Origin: an uncultured Spirochaetota bacterium
Lineage (GTDB): Bacteria > Spirochaetota > Spirochaetia > SZUA-6 > Fen-1364
Length of the DNA stretch: 64,000 nt
Reading direction: 5' to 3'
Assembly: GCA_963734545.1 (NCBI GenBank)
Contig: CAVTHO010000003.1
Location: 224,001-288,000 of the forward strand
Shown here: one piece after another, positions 1-9,872 of the stretch
How positions within the stretch are numbered: position 1 is the first letter of the stretch
Layout of the letters: each line of letters opens with the position of its first letter
Translations under genes and position numbers: made by a program
Notes under the pieces: model-generated
What the model was told of the DNA's origin: nothing
Seen by the model: the letters and a program-made list of their open reading frames with translations, nothing else
Database searches by the model: none

Positions 1-1162
1 TCCATGTGAGGATGCCGCGTCCCAGCAGGTTGGTCCCGATCCCCAGGGTGTACTTCAAGTCGGAACGGAGGAAGAGCGACACCCGAGGCAGATTCCATTC
101 CACCCAGAGGCTGGTGACATCCCAGAAAATGTCCGTGTACACGGAGGGTCCGGCCGCAGCCGCGGCGGTGAAGATTGTGCCGAATCCGGTTCCGATTCCG
201 AGACGGAAGGGAGAGTCAGGAGGGAAAATGAGATACTGACCGACCGAGACCTGCGTGTCGAAGTGGGCGACCGTCCCCGCGTTCGAGAGCACGGGAGGGT
301 CGAACGAGACATTGAGTCCTGCCGAGAGAAACAATGAGTCGGGGACGAGGTAGAGGCGCGCGGCGGCGCCGCCGCCAAGGAACTCGCCCGCGGTCCAGGA
401 GGCTTCCAGCGCCACAGTAGTCTTTCGCGCCAGCGGTGTGAGGGCGATCTCGGACCCGGCGCGCACGCTCTGCCACGAGGTGTGATAGCCCGTCATTCGC
501 TTCTCCACCAGGAGAGGAAAGCCGATCTTGAGCGCGCCGGAGGGCATGACGGCCTTGCCCTTTTCGATGGTGCCCACGCTGCGCTCACCGCCCAGGAGCA
601 CTTCCATGCCTTCCTGCCGGGAGGTGAAGGTGATTTCCGCTGCCCCGCCTGTTTCAGGCCTCGGCCCCCGTGCTACGGGAAGGCTCAGCCGCGCAAGCAT
701 GTCTTCGATTTCGGAGCGCAGGTTGTTGGAGAAGGTCAGGTTGTAGTGCCAGGACTTGAGGAATCCGGCTGCAAGGGCGCCTGTCTGCGCCTCGTAGCAG
801 GAGAGAACGACCACGATCTGGTCATTTTCAACGGTGAAGGAGCCGCTCACCGCCACGTCCGCCTGCGTGCTTCGTGCCACAGCCGCTGCCGCAGGCCCGT
901 CAAGGCGCTCCCGCTGTTCCGCGGGCCCGATTCCTCCCTCTCCGCCGGGGAGCAGGCGGAAACCCGCGGCCCGGAACTCGGCTTCCACTGCCGCGGACAG
1001 CCGGTCCTGCCGTTCAGTATCCGCACCTTTGGCGGAAAGATCGGTTATCGGGAAGATGACCGCCTTCTTGCCCGCGAATGCGGGATCTCCGCACCATCCG
1101 ATCGCAGCGGCGAAGAGCATAAGAGTGACGGGGAAAATGCGGCTCTCTTTTGAAATACTCAT
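1..1162 (-). CDS. Exported/outer-membrane-type protein, 3'-truncated at the window edge (N-terminal alpha/beta domain, PEGA-like segment, C-terminal amphipathic beta-strand region)
   Basis: Translated by hand; absent from the ORF track because it has no stop inside the window. ATG at 1162 gives MSISKESRIFPVTLMLFAAAIGWCG...ADVAVSGSFTVENDQIVVVLSCYEAQTG...DLKYTLGIGTNLLGRGILTW, open to base 2, with a hydrophobic N-terminal signal. Confidence 0.7.
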   Translation of the reverse strand, partial: MSISKESRIFPVTLMLFAAAIGWCGDPAFAGKKAVIFPITDLSAKGADTERQDRLSAAVEAEFRAAGFRLLPGGEGGIGPAEQRERLDGPAAAAVARSTQADVAVSGSFTVENDQIVVVLSCYEAQTGALAAGFLKSWHYNLTFSNNLRSEIEDMLARLSLPVARGPRPETGGAAEITFTSRQEGMEVLLGGERSVGTIEKGKAVMPSGALKIGFPLLVEKRMTGYHTSWQSVRAGSEIALTPLARKTTVALEASWTAGEFLGGGAAARLYLVPDSLFLSAGLNVSFDPPVLSNAGTVAHFDTQVSVGQYLIFPPDSPFRLGIGTGFGTIFTAAAAAGPSVYTDIFWDVTSLWVEWNLPRVSLFLRSDLKYTLGIGTNLLGRGILTW

Positions 1163-1235
1163 GGGGAAGGTGTCGCTATATAGTATAGCATGTATGGAGC
1201 TGGTTTTCGACCCGCCGCACGCTCGAAAATAATTG

Positions 1236-1264
1236 TTGACAGCACGGAAAAGGGGGTGTAGACT
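1236..1264 (+). promoter_or_regulatory. sigma70-type promoter for the LacI/alpha-glucan operon
   Basis: TTGACA (1236-1241), 17 bp spacer, TAGACT (1259-1264). Confidence 0.7.
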
Positions 1265-1269
1265 CCGTC

Positions 1270-1309
1270 TACGATATACGTATATCGTAATATTGATAAA
1301 CGTATATCG
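1270..1309. promoter_or_regulatory. Tandem LacI-family operator sites
   Basis: Perfect 20-bp palindrome TACGATATACGTATATCGTA (1270-1289) with central CG, plus a near copy GATAAACGTATATC(G) at ~1295-1309, between the promoter and the LacI start. Confidence 0.7.
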
Positions 1310-1317
1310 GAGACGTC

Positions 1318-2382
1318 ATGGACAGGAAGACCGTTACCGCCCAGGATGTGGCCGACAGGCTCAAGCTTTCGCTGCTCTCCGTCTACCGCGCTCTGAACAA
1401 TTCCGGCGGGGTCTCCGAAAAGACGGTGAAACGGGTTCGCGCCACTGCCAAGGAGATGGGGTACACGCCGAACCGGGCTGCCCGGCACCTCTCGAAAAAG
1501 ACGAAGTGCACGATAGGAATCTCGTACTACCTGCCGCCCTGGTTCGCCACGCAGATCCTGGAGGGGTGCGAGCAGGCCTTTGCGGAGCTGAAGAGCTACG
1601 GGCTGTCCATGCTCGTGCGCGGCGAATGCGAGTCCTACGAGGCACAGGTGGCGCAGATCAGGGCACTGGCAAAGAAATGCGACGCCCTGGCGCTTTCCGT
1701 CTACGAGCCCCAGTACTTCGAGGGCCTCATCGACGAGCTCGTGGACGGCGGGACCCCCGTGGCGACATTCAACGTCGATGTGCCCACGAGCAAGAGGCTT
1801 TTCTACATCGGCCCCAACTATCTCGAATCCGGCCAGCTCTGCGGGGAGCTGATGGCAAAGCTGGTCCGCGGCAGATCAGGCAAGGTGGCCGTCGTCACCA
1901 AGAAGCAGAGCATATCGATCCTGGAGCAGCGCATCATGGGATTCAGGAACGTCGTGGCGCGTGAATCGTCCGTGGACATCGTCGGGCCCTACAAGCTCGC
2001 CGAATCCCCTGCCGAGGACGAGGAACAGATCGCGGCGATCATCCGTGAGAACCCGAGGCTGGTCGGAATCTACGTGGTCAACCAGTCTCTGGCGGCTGCC
2101 GGCCGGGCGGTGAAGCAGACGGGCGGCGCGGGGTCACTGGTCCTGATCGGGCATGATCTGAATGACGAGCACGGCGCGCTGATCCAGGACAACACGATCA
2201 CCGCGGTCGTGTGTCAGGAGCCGTTCTATCAGGGCTATTACCCCGTGAAGATCCTTTTGGACTACACGATCGACTCGATCATGCCTCCCACGCGCGAAGT
2301 CTTTACCCGGCTGGAGGTGGTGATGCGGGAAAATCTCGGCTACTACTCCACCAGCCACCAGGCGTTCATGAAGGAGAAGTAA
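1318..2382 (+). CDS. LacI-family transcriptional regulator
   Basis: N-terminal VTAQDVADRLKLSLLSVYRALNN HTH and GYTPNRAARHL hinge; periplasmic-binding-protein-like effector domain. Confidence 0.93.
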   Translation: MDRKTVTAQDVADRLKLSLLSVYRALNNSGGVSEKTVKRVRATAKEMGYTPNRAARHLSKKTKCTIGISYYLPPWFATQILEGCEQAFAELKSYGLSMLVRGECESYEAQVAQIRALAKKCDALALSVYEPQYFEGLIDELVDGGTPVATFNVDVPTSKRLFYIGPNYLESGQLCGELMAKLVRGRSGKVAVVTKKQSISILEQRIMGFRNVVARESSVDIVGPYKLAESPAEDEEQIAAIIRENPRLVGIYVVNQSLAAAGRAVKQTGGAGSLVLIGHDLNDEHGALIQDNTITAVVCQEPFYQGYYPVKILLDYTIDSIMPPTREVFTRLEVVMRENLGYYSTSHQAFMKEK

Positions 2383-2386
2383 TACG

Positions 2387-4081
2387 TTGTATCGAGCGTC
2401 CGTCCTCGCCTTCTGCGCCGGCCTTGTCATCCTTCTGGGCGGCCGCGTGTCCGGCGATCCGCCGCCCGCCCCGGAAGGAAAGGCGGCCGAGCTCCAGAGG
2501 GCGCGGGCCGGCTTGCGCATCGCAGCGCCTGTCGCTCGCTCTTCGAAGCTGCCCCTGTTTCTTGCTCACTACATGCCATGGTTCCAGGCACCGCCCGTCT
2601 CCGACAATTTCGGCTGGCATTGGCACATGGGGTCCACCGACCCCTGGCAGAAGGACAGCCATGGTCTTTCGCGCATCGCGTCCCACTACTATCCCCTGAC
2701 CGGCCCCTACGACAGCGATGATCCCGACCTGCTCGAGTACCAGACCACGCTCATGAAGGTGAGCGGCGTCGACGGGGTGATCGTGGACTGGTACGGCACC
2801 AGCCCTTCATTCGACTACCCGCAGCTCCAGAAGAGCTCTCACGCCGTTTTCCTTGCGATGAAAAGGGCCGGCCTGAAGTTCGCCGTCTGCTATGAAGACC
2901 AGAGCGTGGCGAGACGGGTGGAGTCAGGCCAGATCGATCCCGCGGCCGCGGCAGACGCGGCAAAGGCGGACATGAGCTGGGCGGCCCGCACCTGGTTCAA
3001 GGATGAGGCGTACCTGAAATCAGGCGGCCGCCCGGTCGTCCTCTGCTTCGGTCCCCAGTACTTCAAGGACAGACGGCAGTGGGACGTGATCTTTTCGGGC
3101 ATGGAGCCTCGGCCGCTCCTGGTCACCCTGAATGAGGCCGGCGGGAGCGCGGCTGACGGCTCATATCCCTGGCCCCCCATGGAAGCATCCTCAGGAGGCA
3201 CGCTCTCTCCCGATCAGCTTGTACGGTATCTCAATGATTTCTATGCGAAGAACCTCGACAGCCCCTTTCTTGTTTCTTCGGCCTTTCCCGGGTTCCATGA
3301 CTTCTACTCCCAGGCCGGGGCGCGGCCGAGCTACGGCTATCTCGACGATTACCTCGGGGAAACGTTTGGCATGACCCTCGATGCGGCGGTGTCGGCGCGC
3401 GCCGACGTGGTGCAGCTCGTGACGTGGAACGACTACGGCGAGGGGACGATGATCGAGCCCACGGTTCAAAACGGCTACCGTGAGCTGGAGACCCTCCAGG
3501 AGCTCAGGCGCCGCCTGGATCCTTCTTTTGCCTCCACCCGGGAAGACCTTCGTGCGCCTCTTGCGGCATTCAATGCCCGGGTGGAGGCGCGGGCGGCGCG
3601 GAAAGCGCAGCCGGCCGCCGCAGGTTCGGCTGCGGCACGGGCAGCGGATCCGTTCGCATCGGCAGTCAACCTTGCGCTCCGCAGGCCCATCGCGTCCAAC
3701 AACCACATTTTCGCATTTACCGCCGACAAGGCGGTTGACGGAGACACGCGCACGTACTGGGAAGGTGCCGCCAATTCCTACCCGAACGAAGTGACGGTGG
3801 ACCTCGGCACGACGCGCGCCCTGGCGGCTGTCCGGGTCAGGTTGAATCCCCAGCGCATCTGGGGAGCGCGGACGCAGTTCTTCTCGGTCTGGGCAGGCGT
3901 CGAGGGAGAGCAGCTCGTCCTCGCGGCGGAATCCGCGGCCTGGAAATTCGATCCGGCAGCGGGAGACAACACGGTCACGATTCCGATCGCGGTCACGGCA
4001 CGATTCATCAAGCTGTCATTTACCGCGAATGACGGGGCCACGGCCGGACAGATCGCGGAGCTGGAGGTTTTTGCCAGATAA
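2387..4081 (+). CDS. Secreted GH71/GH99-like glycoside hydrolase (probable endo-alpha-1,3-glucanase) with C-terminal discoidin (F5/8 type C, CBM32) domain
   Basis: Signal peptide; AHYMPWF, YYPLTGPYDS, GVDGVIVDWYG and TWNDYGEGT motifs; C-terminal NLALRRPI...DGDTRTYWEG...VTVDLG...GQIAELEVF. Confidence 0.8.
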   Translation: MYRASVLAFCAGLVILLGGRVSGDPPPAPEGKAAELQRARAGLRIAAPVARSSKLPLFLAHYMPWFQAPPVSDNFGWHWHMGSTDPWQKDSHGLSRIASHYYPLTGPYDSDDPDLLEYQTTLMKVSGVDGVIVDWYGTSPSFDYPQLQKSSHAVFLAMKRAGLKFAVCYEDQSVARRVESGQIDPAAAADAAKADMSWAARTWFKDEAYLKSGGRPVVLCFGPQYFKDRRQWDVIFSGMEPRPLLVTLNEAGGSAADGSYPWPPMEASSGGTLSPDQLVRYLNDFYAKNLDSPFLVSSAFPGFHDFYSQAGARPSYGYLDDYLGETFGMTLDAAVSARADVVQLVTWNDYGEGTMIEPTVQNGYRELETLQELRRRLDPSFASTREDLRAPLAAFNARVEARAARKAQPAAAGSAAARAADPFASAVNLALRRPIASNNHIFAFTADKAVDGDTRTYWEGAANSYPNEVTVDLGTTRALAAVRVRLNPQRIWGARTQFFSVWAGVEGEQLVLAAESAAWKFDPAAGDNTVTIPIAVTARFIKLSFTANDGATAGQIAELEVFAR

Positions 4082-4163
4082 GCTGCGGAAAGGAGCCCCC
4101 GTCTCCGTTGGGGATCAAAAGGGGCTTGCGTTCCAGTGAAACGAGCAAAGGAGGGTAGCGAGT

Positions 4164-5528
4164 ATGAAGAGAGTGATGTGCATCATCATGGCCGCGTGCG
4201 TCGCCTGGGGCGTGTATGCGGCTCCGGTCGAGCTCAAGGTGCCGATTCCCCGGGATACGCCGGAAAACAAGTACCGCATCGACGCCAAGATGGATCAGAT
4301 CAACCGGTTCGAGGCGGCGAATCCCGACATCAAGGTCGTGCCCGTGAACTTCGAGTACGACAACACGGGGCAGTTCCTCGTCATGCAGGCCGCGCGGCAG
4401 GCCCCGGACGTGATGAGCGTGTGGGCCACAGAGGCGCAGATGCTCGTTGCGAAGAAGTGGATCGTTTCCCTGGAAAACTATATCAAGACCTGGGACAAGA
4501 CCGCCTGGTACAACAAGGACGCCTTCCTGCCTTTCATCGTGGGCGGAGTACGCTATGGCGTGCCCGACCAGAACTACATCAAGCATGTGATCTACAACAA
4601 GCAGATGTTCGCGGCAAAGGGAGTGCCCGCTCCGAAGCTCAACTGGACGTGGACAGATTTCACGACCGCGATGGTGAAGTGCACGGACAAGGCGCAGGGC
4701 ATCGCGGGGTTCGCGCCGATGGGCAAGGGCGCGGAGAGCGGCTGGGGTTTCACGGACTTCATCTACATGGCCGGTGGCGAGGTCGAGCAGATAAGAAACG
4801 GCAAAGCCTACGCGGTCTTCGATTCTCCCGAAGCCATTGCCGCCGCGCAATTCTTCAAGGACCTGAAATGGAAGTATGATGCGATTCCCGCCAACTGGGC
4901 CAACGGATGGGGAGACGTTTACAATGTATTCGGCTCCCTGCAGGCGGCCATGGTGCTGGATGCGGACAACGGCCGCGCAATCGCCATCAATTCCCTGAAG
5001 ATGGATCCTGCAAACATCGGGCTCGCCCTGATGCCCCGGGGCCCGGGCTCCAAGGGCCGGCAGGCCGGAGTCCTTGGCGGCACGTTCCTGGTCACCAACG
5101 GTCTTGCGAAGAGCAAGGAGGTCCGGGACGCCGCGTGGAAATGGATCATCTTCGAGCGCTGGGACGACGCGGGACTCGCGGACCTGCAGGCCCAGATCGA
5201 GGACGCGCGGGCGAACAAACAGCACCGCGCCCAGTTCCAGTACTCTCCGCTGCTTCCGACCGCCCCGTACGTGCAGAAGGAACGGGCGATCCTCGTTGAG
5301 AACCCCGACGCCGCGGTGGCCTGGGGAGACGCTGCCTTCCTCGCCGCCCTGCCGGCCACGGCGCACATCGAGCCGCCGGTTGCCGCCCAGGACGTCTACG
5401 GAAAGTATCTGAACAACGTCGTGCAGGTGCTGTTCTCCGAAAAGAACGCGGATCCTGCCGCGATCATGAAGGACGCGAACAAGAGGTTCCAGGCAGAGGT
5501 GCTGGACCCGCTCAACGCCGGCCAGTGA
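4164..5528 (+). CDS. Carbohydrate ABC transporter substrate-binding protein
   Basis: Signal peptide; FEAANPDIKV, APDV, YNKQMF and WTWTDF motifs typical of CUT1 binding proteins. Confidence 0.9.
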   Translation: MKRVMCIIMAACVAWGVYAAPVELKVPIPRDTPENKYRIDAKMDQINRFEAANPDIKVVPVNFEYDNTGQFLVMQAARQAPDVMSVWATEAQMLVAKKWIVSLENYIKTWDKTAWYNKDAFLPFIVGGVRYGVPDQNYIKHVIYNKQMFAAKGVPAPKLNWTWTDFTTAMVKCTDKAQGIAGFAPMGKGAESGWGFTDFIYMAGGEVEQIRNGKAYAVFDSPEAIAAAQFFKDLKWKYDAIPANWANGWGDVYNVFGSLQAAMVLDADNGRAIAINSLKMDPANIGLALMPRGPGSKGRQAGVLGGTFLVTNGLAKSKEVRDAAWKWIIFERWDDAGLADLQAQIEDARANKQHRAQFQYSPLLPTAPYVQKERAILVENPDAAVAWGDAAFLAALPATAHIEPPVAAQDVYGKYLNNVVQVLFSEKNADPAAIMKDANKRFQAEVLDPLNAGQ

Positions 5529-5545
5529 GAATCTGAATCACGGGT

Positions 5546-5585
5546 CGCCGCCGCAGGCGGATTATCGCGCCGCCGCAGGCGGATT
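5546..5585. repeat. Two direct copies of an 18-bp REP-like hairpin unit
   Basis: CGCCGCCGCAGGCGGATT at 5546-5563 and 5568-5585; each folds CCGCC-GCA-GGCGG. Confidence 0.7.
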
Positions 5586-5590
5586 TTCGA

Positions 5591-5623
5591 CGCCCCCCGT
5601 CTTCGGACGGGGAGCGCCTTTTT
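5591..5623 (+). terminator. Intra-operon intrinsic terminator or stabilising hairpin after the binding-protein gene
   Basis: CGCCCCCCGTC-TTCG-GACGGGGAGCG stem with C(UUCG)G loop, followed by CCTTTTT. Confidence 0.7.
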
Positions 5624-5635
5624 GAAGGGGAATGC

Positions 5636-6556
5636 ATGGAACTGGCGGTGGGGAAAAGGGGCGGCCTTCGGCCATGGAGCCGGACGGGGAGAGGGAGGTA
5701 TGGAATAGGGCTCCTGTTCCTGGTCCCCGCCCTGCTCGTGTTCGCCGTATTTCAGTGGTACCCGATCCTGCAGAATTTCCTCCTCGCGTTTCAAAGCTAC
5801 GTCCCGGGCTTTGACAAGGAGTGGGTGGGCCTGAAGAACATCACTTACATCCTGCACGATCCCCGGCTGCCGAGGGCGATCCTCAACACGCTGGAGTTTG
5901 TCGGCATCTGCCTCGCAATAGGCTTTCTCGTTCCCATTGTCGTGGCCATTGCCATCATGGAGATCCGGCGGGGGCGCGGATTCTTCCGTCTTGCCATCTA
6001 CATCCCGAACATGATTCCCGGCATCGCCCTCTACATCATATGGAGATGGGTCTTCAATCCTGATTTCGGTCTTCTCAACCAGGTCATCGGTCTCTTCGGG
6101 GCGCCGCCGCAGCAGTGGGTGCTTTCTTCCCGCCAGGTCCTTCTCTCGCTGAGCCTCATGGCCACCTGGGCCAACTTCGGGGGGACCGCGGTTCTCTACA
6201 TGGCGAGCCTCACCACGGTCAGCTCCGAGCTCTACGAGGCGGCCGAGCTGGAAGGGGCGGGTTTTTTCCAGCGCGTCCGGCACGTGACCCTTCCCGGCAT
6301 TTCCGGCACGATCAACCTGCTGCTGGTCCTGCAGCTCATCGCCACGTTCCAGGTCCTCCAGGAGCCCTTTGTGATGACGGCCGGCGGTCCGAACAACTCC
6401 AGCCTCACCGTGATGCTCCTCACCTTCAACTACGCCTTCGAGGATATCGAGTTCGGCAGGGCGGGGGCGCTCGGCTCGCTCGCCTTCCTGGCCCTTCTCG
6501 GCCTGTCGTACGTCTACGTGAGACGGAGCGGCCTGGCCGGCGCGAAGGGAGCATAG
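5636..6556 (+). CDS. Carbohydrate ABC transporter permease (MalF-like)
   Basis: Multiple TM helices; EAA loop ELYEAAELEGAGFFQRVRHVTLP; MTAGGP. Confidence 0.93.
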   Translation: MELAVGKRGGLRPWSRTGRGRYGIGLLFLVPALLVFAVFQWYPILQNFLLAFQSYVPGFDKEWVGLKNITYILHDPRLPRAILNTLEFVGICLAIGFLVPIVVAIAIMEIRRGRGFFRLAIYIPNMIPGIALYIIWRWVFNPDFGLLNQVIGLFGAPPQQWVLSSRQVLLSLSLMATWANFGGTAVLYMASLTTVSSELYEAAELEGAGFFQRVRHVTLPGISGTINLLLVLQLIATFQVLQEPFVMTAGGPNNSSLTVMLLTFNYAFEDIEFGRAGALGSLAFLALLGLSYVYVRRSGLAGAKGA

Positions 6557-6558
6557 CA

Positions 6559-7449
6559 GTGGAGGCGAGAACGCGCGGGATCCTCTCGGAGCATGACTAC
6601 CGGAGCCCCGGCTATGCGATCGCGTACGGGCTGTTCTTTCTGATCGCCCTCCTTCTGTCCGTCGTCATGGTGTACCCTTTTTTCTGGGTCTTCGTTTCGG
6701 CGGCCAAGGAATCAAGCGAGATCACCCGGATGCCTCCCACCTTTCTGCCCGCCACGTGGCGGTGGGAGAGCTTCCCGGAAGCGTGGAAGAGCTACCAGAT
6801 ACCCCGCATGTTCCTCAACACGGCCGTGGTGTATGTCGGCTACGTCGTGTCCCGGCTGCTCGTGATCACGCCGGCGGCCTACGCCCTGTCCCGGCTGCGG
6901 CTTCCGTTCCGGCGCGTCTTCTACATGCTCTTCCTGGCCACGTTGATCCTTCCCGAAGCCGCCTACCTCGTTCCCAAGTACCTGGTGATCCAGGAGCTTC
7001 CCCTCGTCAAGGTGAGCCTGTATGACACGTGGTGGGCGCTCTGGCTGCCGGCCGGTGCCAGCTCATTCCAGCTCCTGTTGATGAAGGGCTTTTTCGACGA
7101 GATCCCCCGGGAGATCTCGGAAGCGGGCAGGATCGACGGCGCATCGGAGCTGCGCATCCTCAGGAACCTGATCTTTCCCAACGCGAAGCCGATCATCGCG
7201 GTCGTGTGCATCTTCGCCTTCATGGAGGTGTGGAACAACTTCTTCTGGCAGAGGCTCATCCTCCCCACGCAGGCCCGCTGGACGACGGCCGTCATGCTCT
7301 GGTACAGGACTTTCGCAATCGGCGGGAATCCTCCCATGAACGTGCAGCTCGCCGGCATGTTCATCTGCATCATTCCCCCGCTCCTGCTGTTCCTGCTCTT
7401 CCAGAAGTACATCACGCAGGGAGTCACGATGACGGGCTTGAAAGGGTAG
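6559..7449 (+). CDS. Carbohydrate ABC transporter permease (MalG-like)
   Basis: GTG start 2 nt after the upstream stop; EISEAGRIDGAS EAA loop; C-terminal FQKYITQGVTMTGLKG. Confidence 0.92.
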   Translation: MEARTRGILSEHDYRSPGYAIAYGLFFLIALLLSVVMVYPFFWVFVSAAKESSEITRMPPTFLPATWRWESFPEAWKSYQIPRMFLNTAVVYVGYVVSRLLVITPAAYALSRLRLPFRRVFYMLFLATLILPEAAYLVPKYLVIQELPLVKVSLYDTWWALWLPAGASSFQLLLMKGFFDEIPREISEAGRIDGASELRILRNLIFPNAKPIIAVVCIFAFMEVWNNFFWQRLILPTQARWTTAVMLWYRTFAIGGNPPMNVQLAGMFICIIPPLLLFLLFQKYITQGVTMTGLKG

Positions 7450-7498
7450 CGGGACCCGCTCGCAAGCCTCGCATCGAATCACGATCCGGAGACACGGC

Positions 7499-9872
7499 AT
7501 GGCGAAGACCCCAGACAGATACCTCGTAACGCATCCATGGAAGATAGTGGAGGAGGGGTTCCATCCGGAGAGGAGCCGTGTCTCCGAATCGCTCTTCTCC
7601 CTGGCAAATGAATACCAGGGCGTGAGGGGATATTTCGAGGAGGGATTCACCGGAGACAGCCTTCGGGGCTGTTACCTGGGAGGCGTCTTCGAGGAGCACA
7701 CCCTCAAAGAGCCGCTGGGGTACAGGGGGATCTCCAATCGCATCCGATTCATGGTGAACACGGTGGACTGGCTGTCCATCCGTCTCGAGGTGGACGGCGA
7801 GACCCTGGACCTGGGCCGCAGCCGGTTCTCCGATTTCCGGAGGGAGCTGGATTTCTCGACCGGCCTGCTTCGCAGGGAGCTCGTGTGGCACACGCAATCG
7901 GGCGCTGACCTCCGGGTGGAGTTTCTTCGGCTGCTGAGCATGCGCACCAGGGAGCTGGGCGTGCAGCGTCTTTCCCTCACGTCCCTGAAGGGCCCGGCCG
8001 AGGTATCCGTGACCCCGGGCCTGGATTTCTCCATGGCGCACGAGAGCTACGGCGAGAGCTTCTGGGAGTGCCGCCGCCGATCGGCGGAAGACCGGGCCTG
8101 CGCCATGCTGGGAGCAAGCAGGAACCTGGGCCGGAAGCTCTTCGTCGGATTCATTCCGCCTTCTCCGGCACAGGGCAGGGTGCGATACCTGGAGGGGGAC
8201 CGTTTCATCGGGTGCCGCCTGGAGAGGAAGCTCGAGAAGGGACGGGAGTGGATCATCGACAGGGGCTGCGTCCTGGCGGCGGACAGGGAGCGAAAGGAGA
8301 GCGCGCAGGAGACCTGGGAGCGGGGGATGATGCTCCTGTCAGAAGCAGAGGGCTTCGACCAGGTCCATCGGGAGAACGTCGAATGCTGGAAGTCGATCTG
8401 GGATGCGTCGGACATCACGATCGACGGAGATCCCGAGGCACAGCAGGGAATCCGTTTCTGCATCTTCCAGCTCCACCAGACCTGTCGCGGGATCATGGAC
8501 GGCTCGAACGTCGGCGCCAAGGGCCTTACCGGGGAAGCCTACAACGGGCACGTATTCTGGGACACGGAGACCTACTGCCTTCCCTACTACCTGTTCAACA
8601 ACCCCCGCGCCGCGAAGGCCATGCTCGACTTCCGGCACAAGACGCTCCCCCAGGCCCGGGAGCGTGCGCAGGAGCTCGACTGCGCGGGCGCCTGTTTTCC
8701 AGTGGCCACGATAGACGGAAGCGAGAGCTGCACCCTGTGGCAGCACGCGAGCCTCCAGCTCCAGCCCACCACGGCCGTGGCGTATGCAATAAGCCACTAT
8801 GCCGCCGTCGTGGGCGATCTGGATTTTCTCCACGGCAGAGGAGTGGAGCTGCTGGTCCAGATATGCAGGTTCCTCGCGAGCCGTGCGCAAAGGGCACCGC
8901 GCGGCCGGGGGTATGGCTACTACGGAGTCATGGGCCCCGACGAGTTTCACATGATGGTGAACAACAACTGCTACACCAACTACATGGCGAAACGCGCGTT
9001 CCTCTTCACGCGGGAGGTCCTGGACGGCATGGCGCGCACGTGTCCGGAAAAGAGATCGGCGGTTCTGAGCGCCCTGGAGTGCGCGGAGGAGGAAGTGACG
9101 GCCTGGGGCGAGATCGCGGAGCGCATGATCATTCCCCGCGATCCGGATACGGGCCTCTACGAGCAGCACGACGGCTACTTCGATCTCCCCCACATGGAGG
9201 TCGATTCGATACCTCCCGACCAATTCCCGCTTTACGCGCACTGGTCCTACGACAGGCTGTTCCGCACCGACATGATCAAGCAGCCCGACGTGCTGATGCT
9301 TATGCTGCTCTGCAGCGGGTCCTTCAGCGCCCGGGAGAAGAGCGTGAATTACGACTACTACAATTCCCGCTGTATCCACGAGTCCTCTCTGTCCCCCTCG
9401 GTGCACTCGATTCTCGCATCGGAGCTGGGCCGGCAGGAGGATGCGTTCGATCTATTCAGGTTCGCCACCCGCATCGACCTGGACAACTACAACAGGAACA
9501 CCTCCGAGGGCCTGCACATGACCTCGATCGCCGCCGCGTGGATGAACATCGTCTATGGGTTCGGCGGTCTGCGCTCCGACGGCAAAGGGATCTCGCTGGA
9601 TCCGCGCATTCCCGCCCGGTGGAGGGCGTACCGTTTCCCGCTCGCCTACCGGGGCTCCGTGATCCGTGTCGAGGTGGACCAGGTGCGCGCCCGCATCTCC
9701 CTGGTGAGCGGGCCGCCTGTCGAGATGACAATTGGGCAGCGGGTCGAAATGATCACGGCGGAAGGCGCCGAGATCAGAATGCCGCCAGGAGCGGCCGGCA
9801 AAATGCCGCAGGAGCGCCGGGATGCCGCCAGGAGCGGCCGCAATGGGGGCGCCATGCAGCGCCTCGGAATGA
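7499..9872 (+). CDS. GH65 glycoside phosphorylase, module/gene 1 (fused in frame to module 2 as sequenced)
   Basis: ESLFSLANEYQGVRG, GAKGLTGEAYNGHVFWDTE, catalytic GPDEF, KQPD, HESSLS; probable true stop TGA at 9870-9872 overlapping the next ATG (see findings). Confidence 0.88.
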
